From contig CAUFXK010000001.1 of NCBI GenBank assembly GCA_959596495.1, positions 2,672-66,671 of the forward strand: a stretch of DNA of 64,000 nucleotides. The letters run 5' to 3'. Under the pieces are notes generated by a model. It worked only from the letters and a program-made list of their open reading frames with translations. It was not told the origin of the DNA and ran no database searches. This document shows positions 42,596-51,860 of the stretch, in pieces; the first letter of the stretch is position 1, and each line of letters opens with the position of its first letter. The position numbers and the translations under genes were made by a program. This DNA is from an uncultured Collinsella sp. Lineage in GTDB: Bacteria > Actinomycetota > Coriobacteriia > Coriobacteriales > Coriobacteriaceae.

Positions 42596-42661
42596 AACAA
42601 ACAATTTGTTAGGTTTGCCAATCAAAAAGTGTGATAGAACAGTGCTAACAAACTTTTTGTT
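42596..42661. promoter_or_regulatory. Two identical-arm palindromes AACAAA-N3-TTTGTT in the divergent YheO-like/dpaL promoter region
   Basis: AACAAAcaaTTTGTT at 42596-42610 and AACAAActtTTTGTT at 42647-42661, with centres 51 bp apart. Confidence 0.5.
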
Positions 42662-42753
42662 TGGCATCCACATAAAAGTTCAGTCGCATGAATGGGAATG
42701 GGCTGAAACGCGTATGCGGGGGCCGGCAAGAGAGGACTTAAGGAGTTCACCGT

Positions 42754-43968
42754 ATGGCCGATAAGATCCAGTGGGCGGGCAACACGATGCCCAAGAGCGA
42801 TGACAAGCACTTGGGAATCATGAGCCTCGACCACGTGAAGAAGGCCCGCGCCTTCCACCAGTCGTTCCCTCAATATACCGTCACCCCGCTTGCCCGCCTG
42901 GACGGTCAGGCTGCGCGCTTGGGTCTGTCCAACCTGTGCGTTAAGGACGAGAGCTATCGCTTTGGCCTCAACGCCTTTAAGGTTCTGGGCGGATCGTTTG
43001 CCATGGCCAACTACATTGCCGACGAGACCGGCAAGGACGTTGCCGAGTGCACCTTCGATTACCTGACCTCCGATCAGCTTGCCAAGGACTTTGGCCAGGC
43101 CACCTTCTTTACCGCTACCGACGGCAATCATGGCCGCGGCGTGGCATGGGCTGCCAACAAGCTGGGCCAGAAGGCCGTCGTTCACATGCCCAAGGGTTCC
43201 ACCAAGCCCCGCTTCGATAACATCGCCGCCGAGGGCGCAACGGTGACCATCGAAGAGGTCAACTACGACGAGTGCGTGCGCATGGCCGCCGCCGAGGCCG
43301 ACGCCTGCGAGCGCGGCGTCATCGTTCAGGACACCGCCTGGGAGGGCTACGAGAAGATCCCGTCTTGGATCATGGAGGGCTACGGCACCATGGCTTCCGA
43401 GGCTGCCGAGCAGCTGCGCGAGATGGCCATCAACCGCCCGACGCACGTGTTTGTCCAGGCTGGCGTGGGTTCGCTCGCCGGCGCCGTGGTGGGCTACTTC
43501 ACCAACCTGTATCCCGATAACCCGCCCACCTTCGTCGTGGTCGAGTGCGCTCCGGCCGCCTGCCTGTACAAGGGCGCTGCCGCCGGCGACGGCGATCCGC
43601 GTATCGTGGACGGTGACATGCCCTCCATCATGGCCGGTCTGTGCTGCGGCGAGCCCAACATCCTGGGCTGGGATATCCTGCGCAACCATGCCACCGCCTT
43701 CGTGTCCTGCCCCGACTGGGTCACCGCTCGCGGCATGCGCACCCTGGGCGCCCCCGAGAAGGGCGACCCGCGCGTCATCTCCGGCGAGTCCGGCGCGGTG
43801 ACCACTGGCCTGGTCGAGACCCTCATGCTCGATCCTGAGTACGCCGAGCTCAAAGAGCTCATCGGCCTGGATAAGACGAGCTCCGTGCTCTGCTTCTCCA
43901 CGGAAGGTGACACCGATCCGGATCAGTACCGTCGCATCGTCTGGGAAGGCGAATACCCCACTTGCTAA
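42754..43968 (+). CDS. dpaL: Diaminopropionate ammonia-lyase (PLP-dependent), YgeX/DpaL
   Basis: 404 aa, SD AAGGAG. '…FHQSFPQYTVTPLARLDGQAARLGLSNLCVKDESYRFGLNAFKVLGG' contains the PLP-lysine motif and matches YgeX-type proteins. Confidence 0.9.
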   Translation: MADKIQWAGNTMPKSDDKHLGIMSLDHVKKARAFHQSFPQYTVTPLARLDGQAARLGLSNLCVKDESYRFGLNAFKVLGGSFAMANYIADETGKDVAECTFDYLTSDQLAKDFGQATFFTATDGNHGRGVAWAANKLGQKAVVHMPKGSTKPRFDNIAAEGATVTIEEVNYDECVRMAAAEADACERGVIVQDTAWEGYEKIPSWIMEGYGTMASEAAEQLREMAINRPTHVFVQAGVGSLAGAVVGYFTNLYPDNPPTFVVVECAPAACLYKGAAAGDGDPRIVDGDMPSIMAGLCCGEPNILGWDILRNHATAFVSCPDWVTARGMRTLGAPEKGDPRVISGESGAVTTGLVETLMLDPEYAELKELIGLDKTSSVLCFSTEGDTDPDQYRRIVWEGEYPTC

Positions 43969-44042
43969 TCGTTGGGGCGGAGTAAATAGGTATCGCTCCG
44001 CCACCTCACAGGTAGATTCCTTAGTTTGAAAGGTTATGAACA

Positions 44043-45428
44043 ATGGCTAAAGAACTCGATTTCGACGCTATCAAGGCTGCTGCTGAGTCCCATCGTGCTG
44101 ATATGACTCGCTTCCTGCGCGCCATGATCTCTCACCCCTCTGAGTCCTGCGAGGAGGGTGAGGTCGTCGCTTGCATTAAGGCCGAGATGGAGAGCCTTGG
44201 CTATGACGAGGTCAAGGTCGACGGCCTGGGTAACGTCATGGGCTTTATGGGCGAGGGCGACAAGATCATCGCCATCGACTCTCACATCGACACCGTCGGC
44301 ATCGGCAACATCGATAACTGGGATGCCGATCCTTATGAGGGCTACGAGACCGACGAGATCATCTATGGCCGCGGCGGCTCCGACCAGGAGGGTGGCATGG
44401 CTTCTGCTACCTACGCTGCCAAGATGATGAAGGACATGGGCCTCATCCCCGAGGGCTACAAGATCATGGTCGTCGGCACCGTCCAGGAAGAGGACTGCGA
44501 CGGCATGTGCTGGCAGTACATCTACAACAAGGACGGCATTAAGCCCGAATTCGTCATTTCCACCGAGCCCACCGACGGCGGCATCTATCGCGGTCACCGC
44601 GGCCGCATGGAGATCCGCGTCGACGTTCACGGTACCTCCTGCCACGGCTCTGCTCCCGACCGCGGCGACAATGCCATCTACAAGATGGCCGACATCATCG
44701 CCGACGTTCGCGCTCTCAACAACAACGGCTGCGACGAGTCGACCGACATCAAGGGTCTCGTCAAGATGCTCGACCCCAAGTACAATCCCGAGCACTTCGA
44801 GGATGCCCGCTTCCTGGGCCGCGGCACCTGCACCGTCAGCCAGATCTTCTACACCAGCCCCAGCCGCTGCGCCGTGGCCGACTCCTGCGCCATCTCCATC
44901 GACCGTCGTATGACCGCCGGTGAGACCTGGGAGTCCTGCCTGGACGAGATCCGCAACCTGCCGGCAGCCAAGAAGTACGGTGACGACGTGAAGGTCTCCA
45001 TGTACATGTACGACCGTCCGTCCTGGACCGGCGAGGTCTACGAGACCGAGGCTTACTTCCCCACGTGGATCAACAAGGAGACCGCTCCGCACGTCAAGGC
45101 CCTCGTCGACGCCCACAAGGCCATGTTTGGTGACGAGCGCATCGGCTGCGAGCCCAGCATGGACAAGCGCACCGGTCGCCCGCTGTGCGACAAGTGGACC
45201 TTCTCCACGAACTGCGTTTCCATCCAGGGCCGCTACGGCATCCCCTGCGTGGGCTTTGGCCCGGGTGCCGAGTCTCAGGCTCACGCTCCCAACGAGGTCA
45301 CCTACAAGGACGACCTGGTCACCGCTGCCACCATGTACGTGGCTGCCCTGAACCTCTACGATCCGAGCAAGGCCGATGGCGACGCCACCGTGTTCCGCGC
45401 CGGTCTGACCAACAACAAGATCGATTAG
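44043..45428 (+). CDS. ygeY: YgeY-family M20 peptidase/hydrolase (selenium-metabolism-linked)
   Basis: 461 aa. '[19 protein letters not shown]…[14 protein letters not shown]…[11 protein letters not shown]' is the typical YgeY N-terminus and M20 metal motif. Confidence 0.9.
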   Translation: MAKELDFDAIKAAAESHRADMTRFLRAMISHPSESCEEGEVVACIKAEMESLGYDEVKVDGLGNVMGFMGEGDKIIAIDSHIDTVGIGNIDNWDADPYEGYETDEIIYGRGGSDQEGGMASATYAAKMMKDMGLIPEGYKIMVVGTVQEEDCDGMCWQYIYNKDGIKPEFVISTEPTDGGIYRGHRGRMEIRVDVHGTSCHGSAPDRGDNAIYKMADIIADVRALNNNGCDESTDIKGLVKMLDPKYNPEHFEDARFLGRGTCTVSQIFYTSPSRCAVADSCAISIDRRMTAGETWESCLDEIRNLPAAKKYGDDVKVSMYMYDRPSWTGEVYETEAYFPTWINKETAPHVKALVDAHKAMFGDERIGCEPSMDKRTGRPLCDKWTFSTNCVSIQGRYGIPCVGFGPGAESQAHAPNEVTYKDDLVTAATMYVAALNLYDPSKADGDATVFRAGLTNNKID

Positions 45429-45629
45429 TCCCATTCCTCGATTTTGTTGAGCCGGGGGCCGCTCGTGTCCCCGGCACCCCCTGTTGACTTGGGGCCCGCG
45501 GTCGTTATCTCCCATGCTTCCTCAACGGTGGCGGGTCCTCGTCATGGTGCTCTGCATGTTCTAGCCACACGCGCATGCCGGAGCACATCTACTCATTGCG
45601 ATCGTTTCATCTTTAGAAAGGACATTTCC

Positions 45630-46832
45630 ATGGACGCTAAGTTTACCGAGCTCGTCGAGCAGCTGAACGGCCTCGATTTTAAGGGTATGTACGGCAGCGA
45701 TTTCCTGCACACTTGGGACAAGACCACCGATGAGCTCAAGGCTCTCTACATCGTCGCCGACGCCCTGCGCGAGCTGCGTGAGAACAACGTTTCGTCCAAG
45801 ATCTTCGACTCGGGCCTGGCCGTCTCCCTGTTCCGCGACAACTCCACCCGTACGCGCTTCTCCTTCTCTAAGGCCGCCAACCTGCTCGGCCTTGAGCTGC
45901 AGGACCTGGACGAGAAGAAGTCCCAGATCGCTCACGGCGAGACCGTCCGCGAGACCGCTACCATGATTTCCTTCATGGCCGACGTCATCGGCATCCGCGA
46001 CGACATGTACATCGGCAAGGGCGACGCCTATATGGCCGAGGTCTCCGAGTCTGTCCAGCAGGCCTACGAGGACGGCGTTCTGGATCACCGTCCCACGCTC
46101 ATCTCCCTGCAGTCCGATTCCGACCACCCCACGCAGTCCTCTGCCGACATGCTCTACCTCATCAACGAGTTTGGCGGTCTTGAGAACCTCAAGGGCAAGA
46201 AGGTTGCCGTCACCTGGGCCTATTCGCCCTCTTACGGCAAGCCGCTGTCCTGCCCGCAGTCGCTGATCAGCCTGCTGCCCCGCTTTGGCATGGACGTCAC
46301 CCTGGCCCACCCCGAGGGCTACGACCTCATGCCCGAGGTCGTCGAGCGCGCCAAGGGCTATGCCGCCGAGTCCGGCACCACCTTTAAGCAGGTCAACACC
46401 ATGGCCGAGGCCTTCGAGGGCGCCGACATCGTGATCCCCAAGAGCTGGGCTCCGTTTGCCGCCATGGAGAAGCGTACCAACCTGTACGCCGAGGGCGACG
46501 ACGCCGGCATCGCTGCGCTCGAGAAGGAGCTGCTCGCCCAGAACGCCACGCATCAGGATTGGTGCTCCACGACCGAGCTCATGGAGAAGACCGCCAACGG
46601 CCAGGACACCATCTTTATGCACCCGCTGCCCGCCGACATTTCCGGTGTCTCCTGCGAGCACGGCGAGGTTAACGCCGACGTCTTCGACATGCACCGCGTG
46701 GGCATGTACAAGGAGGCCAGCTACAAGCCGTATGCCATCGCAGCCATGATGTTCCTGCAGAAGGTTGCCGATCCCGCCGCTACCCTCAAGGCCCTCGACG
46801 AGCGCAACACCGCCCGTTGGCTCCAGGCCTAA
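45630..46832 (+). CDS. ygeW: YgeW-type knotted carbamoyltransferase
   Basis: ATG 45630 lies after AGAAAGGA; the upstream part of ORF 45444.. is leader. 'SLFRDNSTRTRFSF' (STRTR carbamoyl-phosphate motif), 'HPLP' and overall YgeW-like length (400 aa). Confidence 0.9.
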   Translation: MDAKFTELVEQLNGLDFKGMYGSDFLHTWDKTTDELKALYIVADALRELRENNVSSKIFDSGLAVSLFRDNSTRTRFSFSKAANLLGLELQDLDEKKSQIAHGETVRETATMISFMADVIGIRDDMYIGKGDAYMAEVSESVQQAYEDGVLDHRPTLISLQSDSDHPTQSSADMLYLINEFGGLENLKGKKVAVTWAYSPSYGKPLSCPQSLISLLPRFGMDVTLAHPEGYDLMPEVVERAKGYAAESGTTFKQVNTMAEAFEGADIVIPKSWAPFAAMEKRTNLYAEGDDAGIAALEKELLAQNATHQDWCSTTELMEKTANGQDTIFMHPLPADISGVSCEHGEVNADVFDMHRVGMYKEASYKPYAIAAMMFLQKVADPAATLKALDERNTARWLQA

Positions 46833-46981
46833 AGCCGGGTTGAGGTAAGCCATGTAAAGGGGGCGCTCTGCCAACCGGCGGGGTGCCCTTTTTTGCATCG
46901 CGGGCGTGCGGGATAAGCGCTTTCGATGTGGATGCCCGCGGCGCGAGTTATGGGTACGATGGTTTCAGGGGAGGTATCACC

Positions 46982-47596
46982 ATGAGACTTGGATGCGTCA
47001 TTATGGCTTCGGGCGAGGGCAAGCGGTTTGGCTCCAACAAGATGCTTGCCGATATCTATGGCGAGCCGCTGATTGCCCGGGCCATCGATTCGGTTCCCCG
47101 GGGCTTTGACGTCGTGGTTTCGACGCGTTGGCCCGAGGTCGCTCAGATTTGCGAGGACAAGCATTGCCCGTGCGTTCTGCACGATGGCGAGCTGCGCAGC
47201 GAAAGCGTCCGTGCGGGCCTTTCGTGGGGAGTCGAACGCAACTGGAAAGGTTGCCTCTTTTTGCCGGGCGACCAGCCGCTTGTGAGCACGGACTCTTTTG
47301 AGGCCATGGTTCGCGCGTTTGACGAGCGTGGCCGCAAACATCCGGTGCGCTTGGCGTGCAACGGTGAGCCTTCGAGCCCGGTGCTCTTTCCGGCGGAACT
47401 ATTCGATGCACTCATGCGTCTTGAGGGCAAGGACGGCGGGGGCTCGATTCTCAAGGACCGTACCGACGTGGTGCTGGTCGAGGCGCGTGCCTACGAGCTG
47501 TGGGATGTCGATACCGCAGAGGGACAGCGACGCATAACGGAGCATATCGCGGCCTGCTCGTATTTTGATCGCGTGGCCAACTGTATTAATCAATAA
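46982..47596 (+). CDS. MobA/MocA-like nucleotidyltransferase (YgfJ-type molybdenum-cofactor cytidylyltransferase-like)
   Basis: ATG 46982 lies after GGGGAGG. 'GCVIMASGEGKRFGSNKMLADIYGEPLI' nucleotide-binding motif and '…LFLPGDQPLV' motif. Confidence 0.65.
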   Translation: MRLGCVIMASGEGKRFGSNKMLADIYGEPLIARAIDSVPRGFDVVVSTRWPEVAQICEDKHCPCVLHDGELRSESVRAGLSWGVERNWKGCLFLPGDQPLVSTDSFEAMVRAFDERGRKHPVRLACNGEPSSPVLFPAELFDALMRLEGKDGGGSILKDRTDVVLVEARAYELWDVDTAEGQRRITEHIAACSYFDRVANCINQ

Positions 47597-47604
47597 GGAG
47601 CAAC

Positions 47605-48972
47605 ATGATCATCATCAAAAACGGCGCGCTCGTGACGCCCCAGGGGCTTCGCCGCGCCGATCTTGCCATGGAGGGCGACAAGATTGTGCGGATTGCCGCG
47701 GCGATTGAGCCGGCCGAGGGCGATACCGTCGAGGACGCCGCGGGCTGCTGGGTGTTTCCCGGCTTTATCGACGGCCACACGCACATGCAGTGCTGGACTG
47801 GCATGGATTGGACAGCCGATAGCTTTGAAACCGGCACGCGTGCGGCTGCCTGCGGCGGTACGACGACCATCGTGGACTACGCGACGGCTGATCGCGGCGT
47901 GACCATGCCCGATGCCTTGGCCGAGTGGCATCGCCGTGCCGACGGAACCTGCACGGCCAACTACGCCTTTCATATGGCACTCGCCGAGTGGAATGAACGC
48001 AACCGCGCCGATCTTTCGGCTATGCGCGAGGCGGGCGTATCGTCGTTTAAGACCTACTTTGCCTACGATCATTTGCGCCTGGACGATGCCGAGACGCTCG
48101 AGGTGCTCGAGGAGCTCAAGCGTATTGGCGGCATACTGTGCGTGCATTGCGAGAACGGTACGCTGGTGAATGAGCTGCAGAAGCGCGTGTACGAGCAGGG
48201 GATTCATGGGCCCGAGGGGCATGCGCTCAGCCGCCCGGACGTGTGTGAGGCCGAAGCCGTGAGCCGCCTGCTGTATCTGGCGCACCTGGCCGGCGACGCC
48301 CCAGTCAACGTGGTGCACCTTTCGACCAAGCTGGGGCTCGAGGCCATCCGTGCCGCCAAGGCGCGCGGGCAGAAGAATATCTATGTCGAGACCTGCCCTC
48401 AGTATCTGATGCTCGACGATACATGCTACTTGGAGCAGGGCGAGGACGGCTTTGCGGGTGCCAAGTATGTGATGAGCCCGCCGCTGCGCCATGCTGGCGA
48501 CCGTGCGGCTCTGCGCGAGGCACTTGTGGCCGGCGAGATCGATACGATTGCGACCGACCACTGCAGCTTTAACCTGCACGGGCAAAAGGACCGCGGACGC
48601 GACGATTTCCGCGCGATTCCCAACGGCGGGCCCGGTGTGGAGCATCGCCCCGTCGCGATCGCTACGAGCTTTGAGGGACGGCTGGGTCCTGAGGATCTGT
48701 GCCGCTTGATGAGCGAGAACCCGGCGCGCGTCTTTGGCATGTATCCGCGCAAGGGATGTCTTGCCGAGGGCTCCGATGCCGACGTGTGCGTGTGGGATCC
48801 CAAGGCGCGCTGGACCATTCGCGCGGCGACGCAGCATCAGGCTGTGGACTACACGCCACTCGAGGGTTTTGAAGCGCACGGCCGCGCCAAGGCTGTGTTT
48901 GTGAACGGCGTGCTGGCCGCGCGCGACGGCGAGCCCACCGGAGCCCAGCCCGGCCGCTACGTGCCCCGCTAA
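47605..48972 (+). CDS. hyuA: Dihydropyrimidinase/hydantoinase-family amidohydrolase (HyuA/YgeZ type)
   Basis: 455 aa. 'GFIDGHTHMQ' and 'FETGTRAAACGGTTTIVDYA' closely parallel E. coli HyuA 'GGVDVHTHFN…FFTGTRAAACGGTTTIIDHM'. 'ETCPQYLMLD' is also conserved. Confidence 0.85.
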   Translation: MIIIKNGALVTPQGLRRADLAMEGDKIVRIAAAIEPAEGDTVEDAAGCWVFPGFIDGHTHMQCWTGMDWTADSFETGTRAAACGGTTTIVDYATADRGVTMPDALAEWHRRADGTCTANYAFHMALAEWNERNRADLSAMREAGVSSFKTYFAYDHLRLDDAETLEVLEELKRIGGILCVHCENGTLVNELQKRVYEQGIHGPEGHALSRPDVCEAEAVSRLLYLAHLAGDAPVNVVHLSTKLGLEAIRAAKARGQKNIYVETCPQYLMLDDTCYLEQGEDGFAGAKYVMSPPLRHAGDRAALREALVAGEIDTIATDHCSFNLHGQKDRGRDDFRAIPNGGPGVEHRPVAIATSFEGRLGPEDLCRLMSENPARVFGMYPRKGCLAEGSDADVCVWDPKARWTIRAATQHQAVDYTPLEGFEAHGRAKAVFVNGVLAARDGEPTGAQPGRYVPR

Positions 48973-48999
48973 CAGGAAGATCACCGGATTCCCCTCCGC

Positions 49000-49066
49000 A
49001 GTTGCGGTGGAATAGTTCCTGTTTAGCCGCCAAATAGGCCGTTTCAGGAACTATTCCACCGCAACT
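49000..49066. repeat. Hairpin element with AGTTGCGGTGGAATA termini (copy 1); bidirectional terminator position
   Basis: Perfect 22-bp inverted repeat AGTTGCGGTGGAATAGTTCCTG / CAGGAACTATTCCACCGCAACT with a 23-nt loop, between convergent hyuA and yqeC. Confidence 0.9.
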
Positions 49067-49091
49067 TATATGTCTGGTGGGGCAGCGCCGG

Positions 49092-49826
49092 CTATTTGAG
49101 GCTGCTGGCGACGATGAGGCGGCCGAGGGCGGCCTCGAAGCGATCTGCCATTGTTGGGTCGGCAAGCGTGTCGGCTTGGTTGAGCATGACGCGTGCGATG
49201 CTGAGTCCCAGCGCCTGCATCTCGGCATTGAGCACCTGGGCGACGCGCTCGGGCGTGGCGATGTCGGTGGGCTCGCAGCCGCAACGCTCGCAGAAGAGCT
49301 CGGGGCGGTGAACGGCCTCGTTGATGGGCTTGCTGAACCCCGAGGCGCCGACGAGCCAGATGACGTTGGCCGTGCCGGCGGGAACGACCGGCTCCCAGGC
49401 GGCATGCGCCTTGAGCGGGAGTCGCTTGCTACCATCTGCCTCGGCCAACACATAGTCAAAGCGCTGCGCCAGCTCGTTGAGCGGCTCGGCGGGGGCGGAG
49501 AGCTTGCCTGTCTCCGGGTTCAAAACACCCGCCTGGCAGATACTTCCGCGGACAAGTCCCGCGCATGCCTCGCAGGTGCAGCCGGGAACATGTAGGGTCC
49601 CTGGCTTCCAAGGCGCGGCGTCCAGGCGACGGCTCGACCCGTCCCATGGCACGCCGGCGACGGGAAACATGTGCGTGGTGGTACAGAGGAGCACGCGGCC
49701 GCCAGTGCGCATGAGCTCGAGACCCAGCGTCTTCAGCAGCGTCGACTTGCCGCCACTGCCGATAATCGCGGTAATGCCCGGCTCGATCCTGAGCGCAGAG
49801 GCAAGATTGCCGCTAACCGTTTCCAT
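49092..49826 (-). CDS. yqeC: YqeC-type selenium-dependent hydroxylase accessory protein
   Basis: 244 aa. 'ITAIIGSGGKSTLLKTLGLEL…VLLCTTTHMF' is the P-loop/TTTH pattern of the YqeC family. Confidence 0.8.
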   Translation of the reverse strand: METVSGNLASALRIEPGITAIIGSGGKSTLLKTLGLELMRTGGRVLLCTTTHMFPVAGVPWDGSSRRLDAAPWKPGTLHVPGCTCEACAGLVRGSICQAGVLNPETGKLSAPAEPLNELAQRFDYVLAEADGSKRLPLKAHAAWEPVVPAGTANVIWLVGASGFSKPINEAVHRPELFCERCGCEPTDIATPERVAQVLNAEMQALGLSIARVMLNQADTLADPTMADRFEAALGRLIVASSLK

Positions 49827-49928
49827 CTGTTCACCGCCGTATAATACTGTGATAATAAATAATCATCAGAGTAGCGGCCGAACCGCTTTTGCTCTGCTCA
49901 AACCGTAGCACAGGGAGGTGCCCCGGGA

Positions 49929-50723
49929 ATGCTCGTTTATGTTCGCGGCGCCGGCGATATCGCCACGGGCGTCGCCGCTCGCTTGGTGCGCGCCGGCGTT
50001 TCGGTCGTTATGGCCGATATCGCGGTTCCCACGTGCATCCGCCGCACAATCTGTTTTTGCGAGGCCATTCGCCTGGGCGAGGTCGAGGTCGAAGGCATTC
50101 GCGCTCGCTTGGCACAGACGCCGGCTGAGGCGCTTGAGATTACCGAGGCTGGAGACGTCGCCGTTGTGGTGGACCCTCAGGCCAAGATGCTCGATGGGCT
50201 TAAACCCGCGGCTGTGGTCGACGCGATTTTGGCTAAGCGCAACATGGGCACCACGCGCGATATGGCGCCTGCCGTCATCGCTGTGGGGCCGGGCTTTACC
50301 GCGCCGGTTGACTGCGACGCCGTGGTCGAGACCATGCGCGGGCATTTTCTCGGCCGTGTCATTACCCAAGGTTCGCCCCAGCCCAACACGGGCGTGCCGG
50401 GCATTATCGCCGGCTATGGCAAGGAGCGCGTTATCCACAGCCCCGCCGCCGGCGTGTTTAGGTCCGACCGCACCATCGGCGACATCGTGAGTGCCGGCGA
50501 TGTGATCGGGTATGCGGGTGATACTCCCATGGTCACGCAGATTGACGGCTGCTTGCGCGGCCTTTTGGCCGACGGTGTTCAGGTGACCGAGGGCTTTAAA
50601 TGTGCCGACGTCGACCCGCGCGGCGATGCCAGCTATATCAACTATATTTCGGACAAAGCGACGTCGGTCGGCGGCGGCGTGCTCGAGGCGCTCGCCATGC
50701 TCACCGATGTCTTTAGAGGATAG
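49929..50723 (+). CDS. yqeB: YqeB-family selenium-dependent molybdenum hydroxylase system protein (C-terminal-domain type)
   Basis: 264 aa. 'MLVYVRGAGDIATGVAARLVRAGVSVVM' Rossmann-like opening and '…VIAVGPGFTAPVDCDAVVET' are typical of the stand-alone YqeB-family (EF2563-like) proteins. Confidence 0.7.
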   Translation: MLVYVRGAGDIATGVAARLVRAGVSVVMADIAVPTCIRRTICFCEAIRLGEVEVEGIRARLAQTPAEALEITEAGDVAVVVDPQAKMLDGLKPAAVVDAILAKRNMGTTRDMAPAVIAVGPGFTAPVDCDAVVETMRGHFLGRVITQGSPQPNTGVPGIIAGYGKERVIHSPAAGVFRSDRTIGDIVSAGDVIGYAGDTPMVTQIDGCLRGLLADGVQVTEGFKCADVDPRGDASYINYISDKATSVGGGVLEALAMLTDVFRG

Positions 50724-50732
50724 AAGGCGGCA

Positions 50733-51776
50733 ATGGAAAAGCTCGATGTTGTGAATGCGGCGCTTGCCGCCCTGCGTGCTGGCGAGACGTGCGAGCTCGT
50801 GGTCGTGGCCGGTACGGCGGGGTCATCGCCGCGCGGTGTGGGCGCATGGATGACTGTCTTTGCCGATGGAAGCCAGGCGGGCACTATCGGCGGCGGCAAG
50901 ATTGAGCTCTTTGCGCTGGATGAGGCGCGCGAGCTCCTGAGCGCGGGACAGTCGCGTCTGGTCCGCTACACCATGGGCGGCGAGAACTCCGATACCGGTA
51001 TGATCTGCGGCGGAGCCATCTGCCTGTGCTATCTGCACCTGGACGCGACCAAGGCACCGTTGTTCCAGGAGATTGCCAATGTGCTGGCGTATCGACGCAT
51101 CGGCGACTTCGTCATTGACTTTGAGCCGTTTATCGCAAGCGCGCTCGAGGGCGATGTGGCCGAGTACCATGGCGAGGCATCACGCCATACCATTGCAGGC
51201 TGTCCCGGGCTTTCGCTGGTGGAGGAGGGGAGTAAGGTCACCTACACCAACGCGGCCTCCGAGATTCCCGCGGCGCACATCGAGACGCTCTGCCCCGAGG
51301 GCCTGACCTATATCTTTGGCTGCGGCCACGTGGGCGCTGCGACGGCGCGGGTGCTCACGGCGGCGGGCTTTGCCGTCGTGGCTTGCGACGACCGCCCTGG
51401 CACGCTGACCCCCGAATGGGTGCCCGGTGTCTACGACCGTCGTCTGGTCGACTACAAGAACCTGAGCGAGCTGTGTCCCATCGGTCCGCGCGACCTGGTG
51501 GTCGTCGCCACGGCGGGTCATAAGTCCGATATCGACGTGGTGATTCAGGCCATGCGCGCCAAACCCGCCTATCTGGGCTGCTTGGGCTCGCGCCGCAAGA
51601 CGGCCTTTGTGCGCGCCCGCCTGGAGCAGGAGGGCTTTACGCAGGAGCAAATCGACGAGCTGCACCTGCCGATCGGTGTCGCCATCGAGGCCGAGGACCC
51701 CGAGGAGATCGCCATCTCCATCGCTGCCGAGATGATTCACCTGCGCCGCACCAAGCTCGTCCCCCGCAAGCGCTAA
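50733..51776 (+). CDS. xdhC: XdhC/CoxI-family molybdenum-hydroxylase maturation factor
   Basis: 347 aa. N-terminal XdhC_CoxI-type region '…VVVAGTAGSSPRGVGAWMTV…GTIGGG' and C-terminal Rossmann 'IFGCGHVGAATARVL'. Confidence 0.8.
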   Translation: MEKLDVVNAALAALRAGETCELVVVAGTAGSSPRGVGAWMTVFADGSQAGTIGGGKIELFALDEARELLSAGQSRLVRYTMGGENSDTGMICGGAICLCYLHLDATKAPLFQEIANVLAYRRIGDFVIDFEPFIASALEGDVAEYHGEASRHTIAGCPGLSLVEEGSKVTYTNAASEIPAAHIETLCPEGLTYIFGCGHVGAATARVLTAAGFAVVACDDRPGTLTPEWVPGVYDRRLVDYKNLSELCPIGPRDLVVVATAGHKSDIDVVIQAMRAKPAYLGCLGSRRKTAFVRARLEQEGFTQEQIDELHLPIGVAIEAEDPEEIAISIAAEMIHLRRTKLVPRKR

Positions 51777-51793
51777 TCGCATCCCCATCAATA

Positions 51794-51860
51794 AGTTGCG
51801 GTGAAATACGGACTGTTTAAGCCTGTTAAGCCGTCAAACAGTCCCTATTTCACCGCAACT
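51794..51860. repeat. Hairpin element with AGTTGCGGTGAAATA termini (copy 2); terminator position after xdhC
   Basis: 25-bp inverted repeat AGTTGCGGTGAAATACGGACTGTTT / AAACAGTCCCTATTTCACCGCAACT (1 mismatch), 17-nt loop. It shares its 15-nt termini and the CTGTTTA(A)GCC core with copy 1. Confidence 0.9.

Noticed and set aside
42622-48984. Chain of 445-493-aa minus-strand ORFs (42622..44043, 44034..45515, 45561..46898, 47590..48984)
   Set aside because: Each mirrors a well-supported plus-strand gene (dpaL, ygeY, ygeW, hyuA). The same applies to 6308..7813, 14988..16325, 16487..17458, 23495..25186 and 8558..9232.
12536-51776. Selenocysteine recoding (in-frame TGA plus SECIS) in the selenium-linked purine genes
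   Set aside because: All cluster ORFs are uninterrupted from start to stop, and no in-frame TGA was seen. The selenium link in this family is thought to be a labile cofactor, not Sec.
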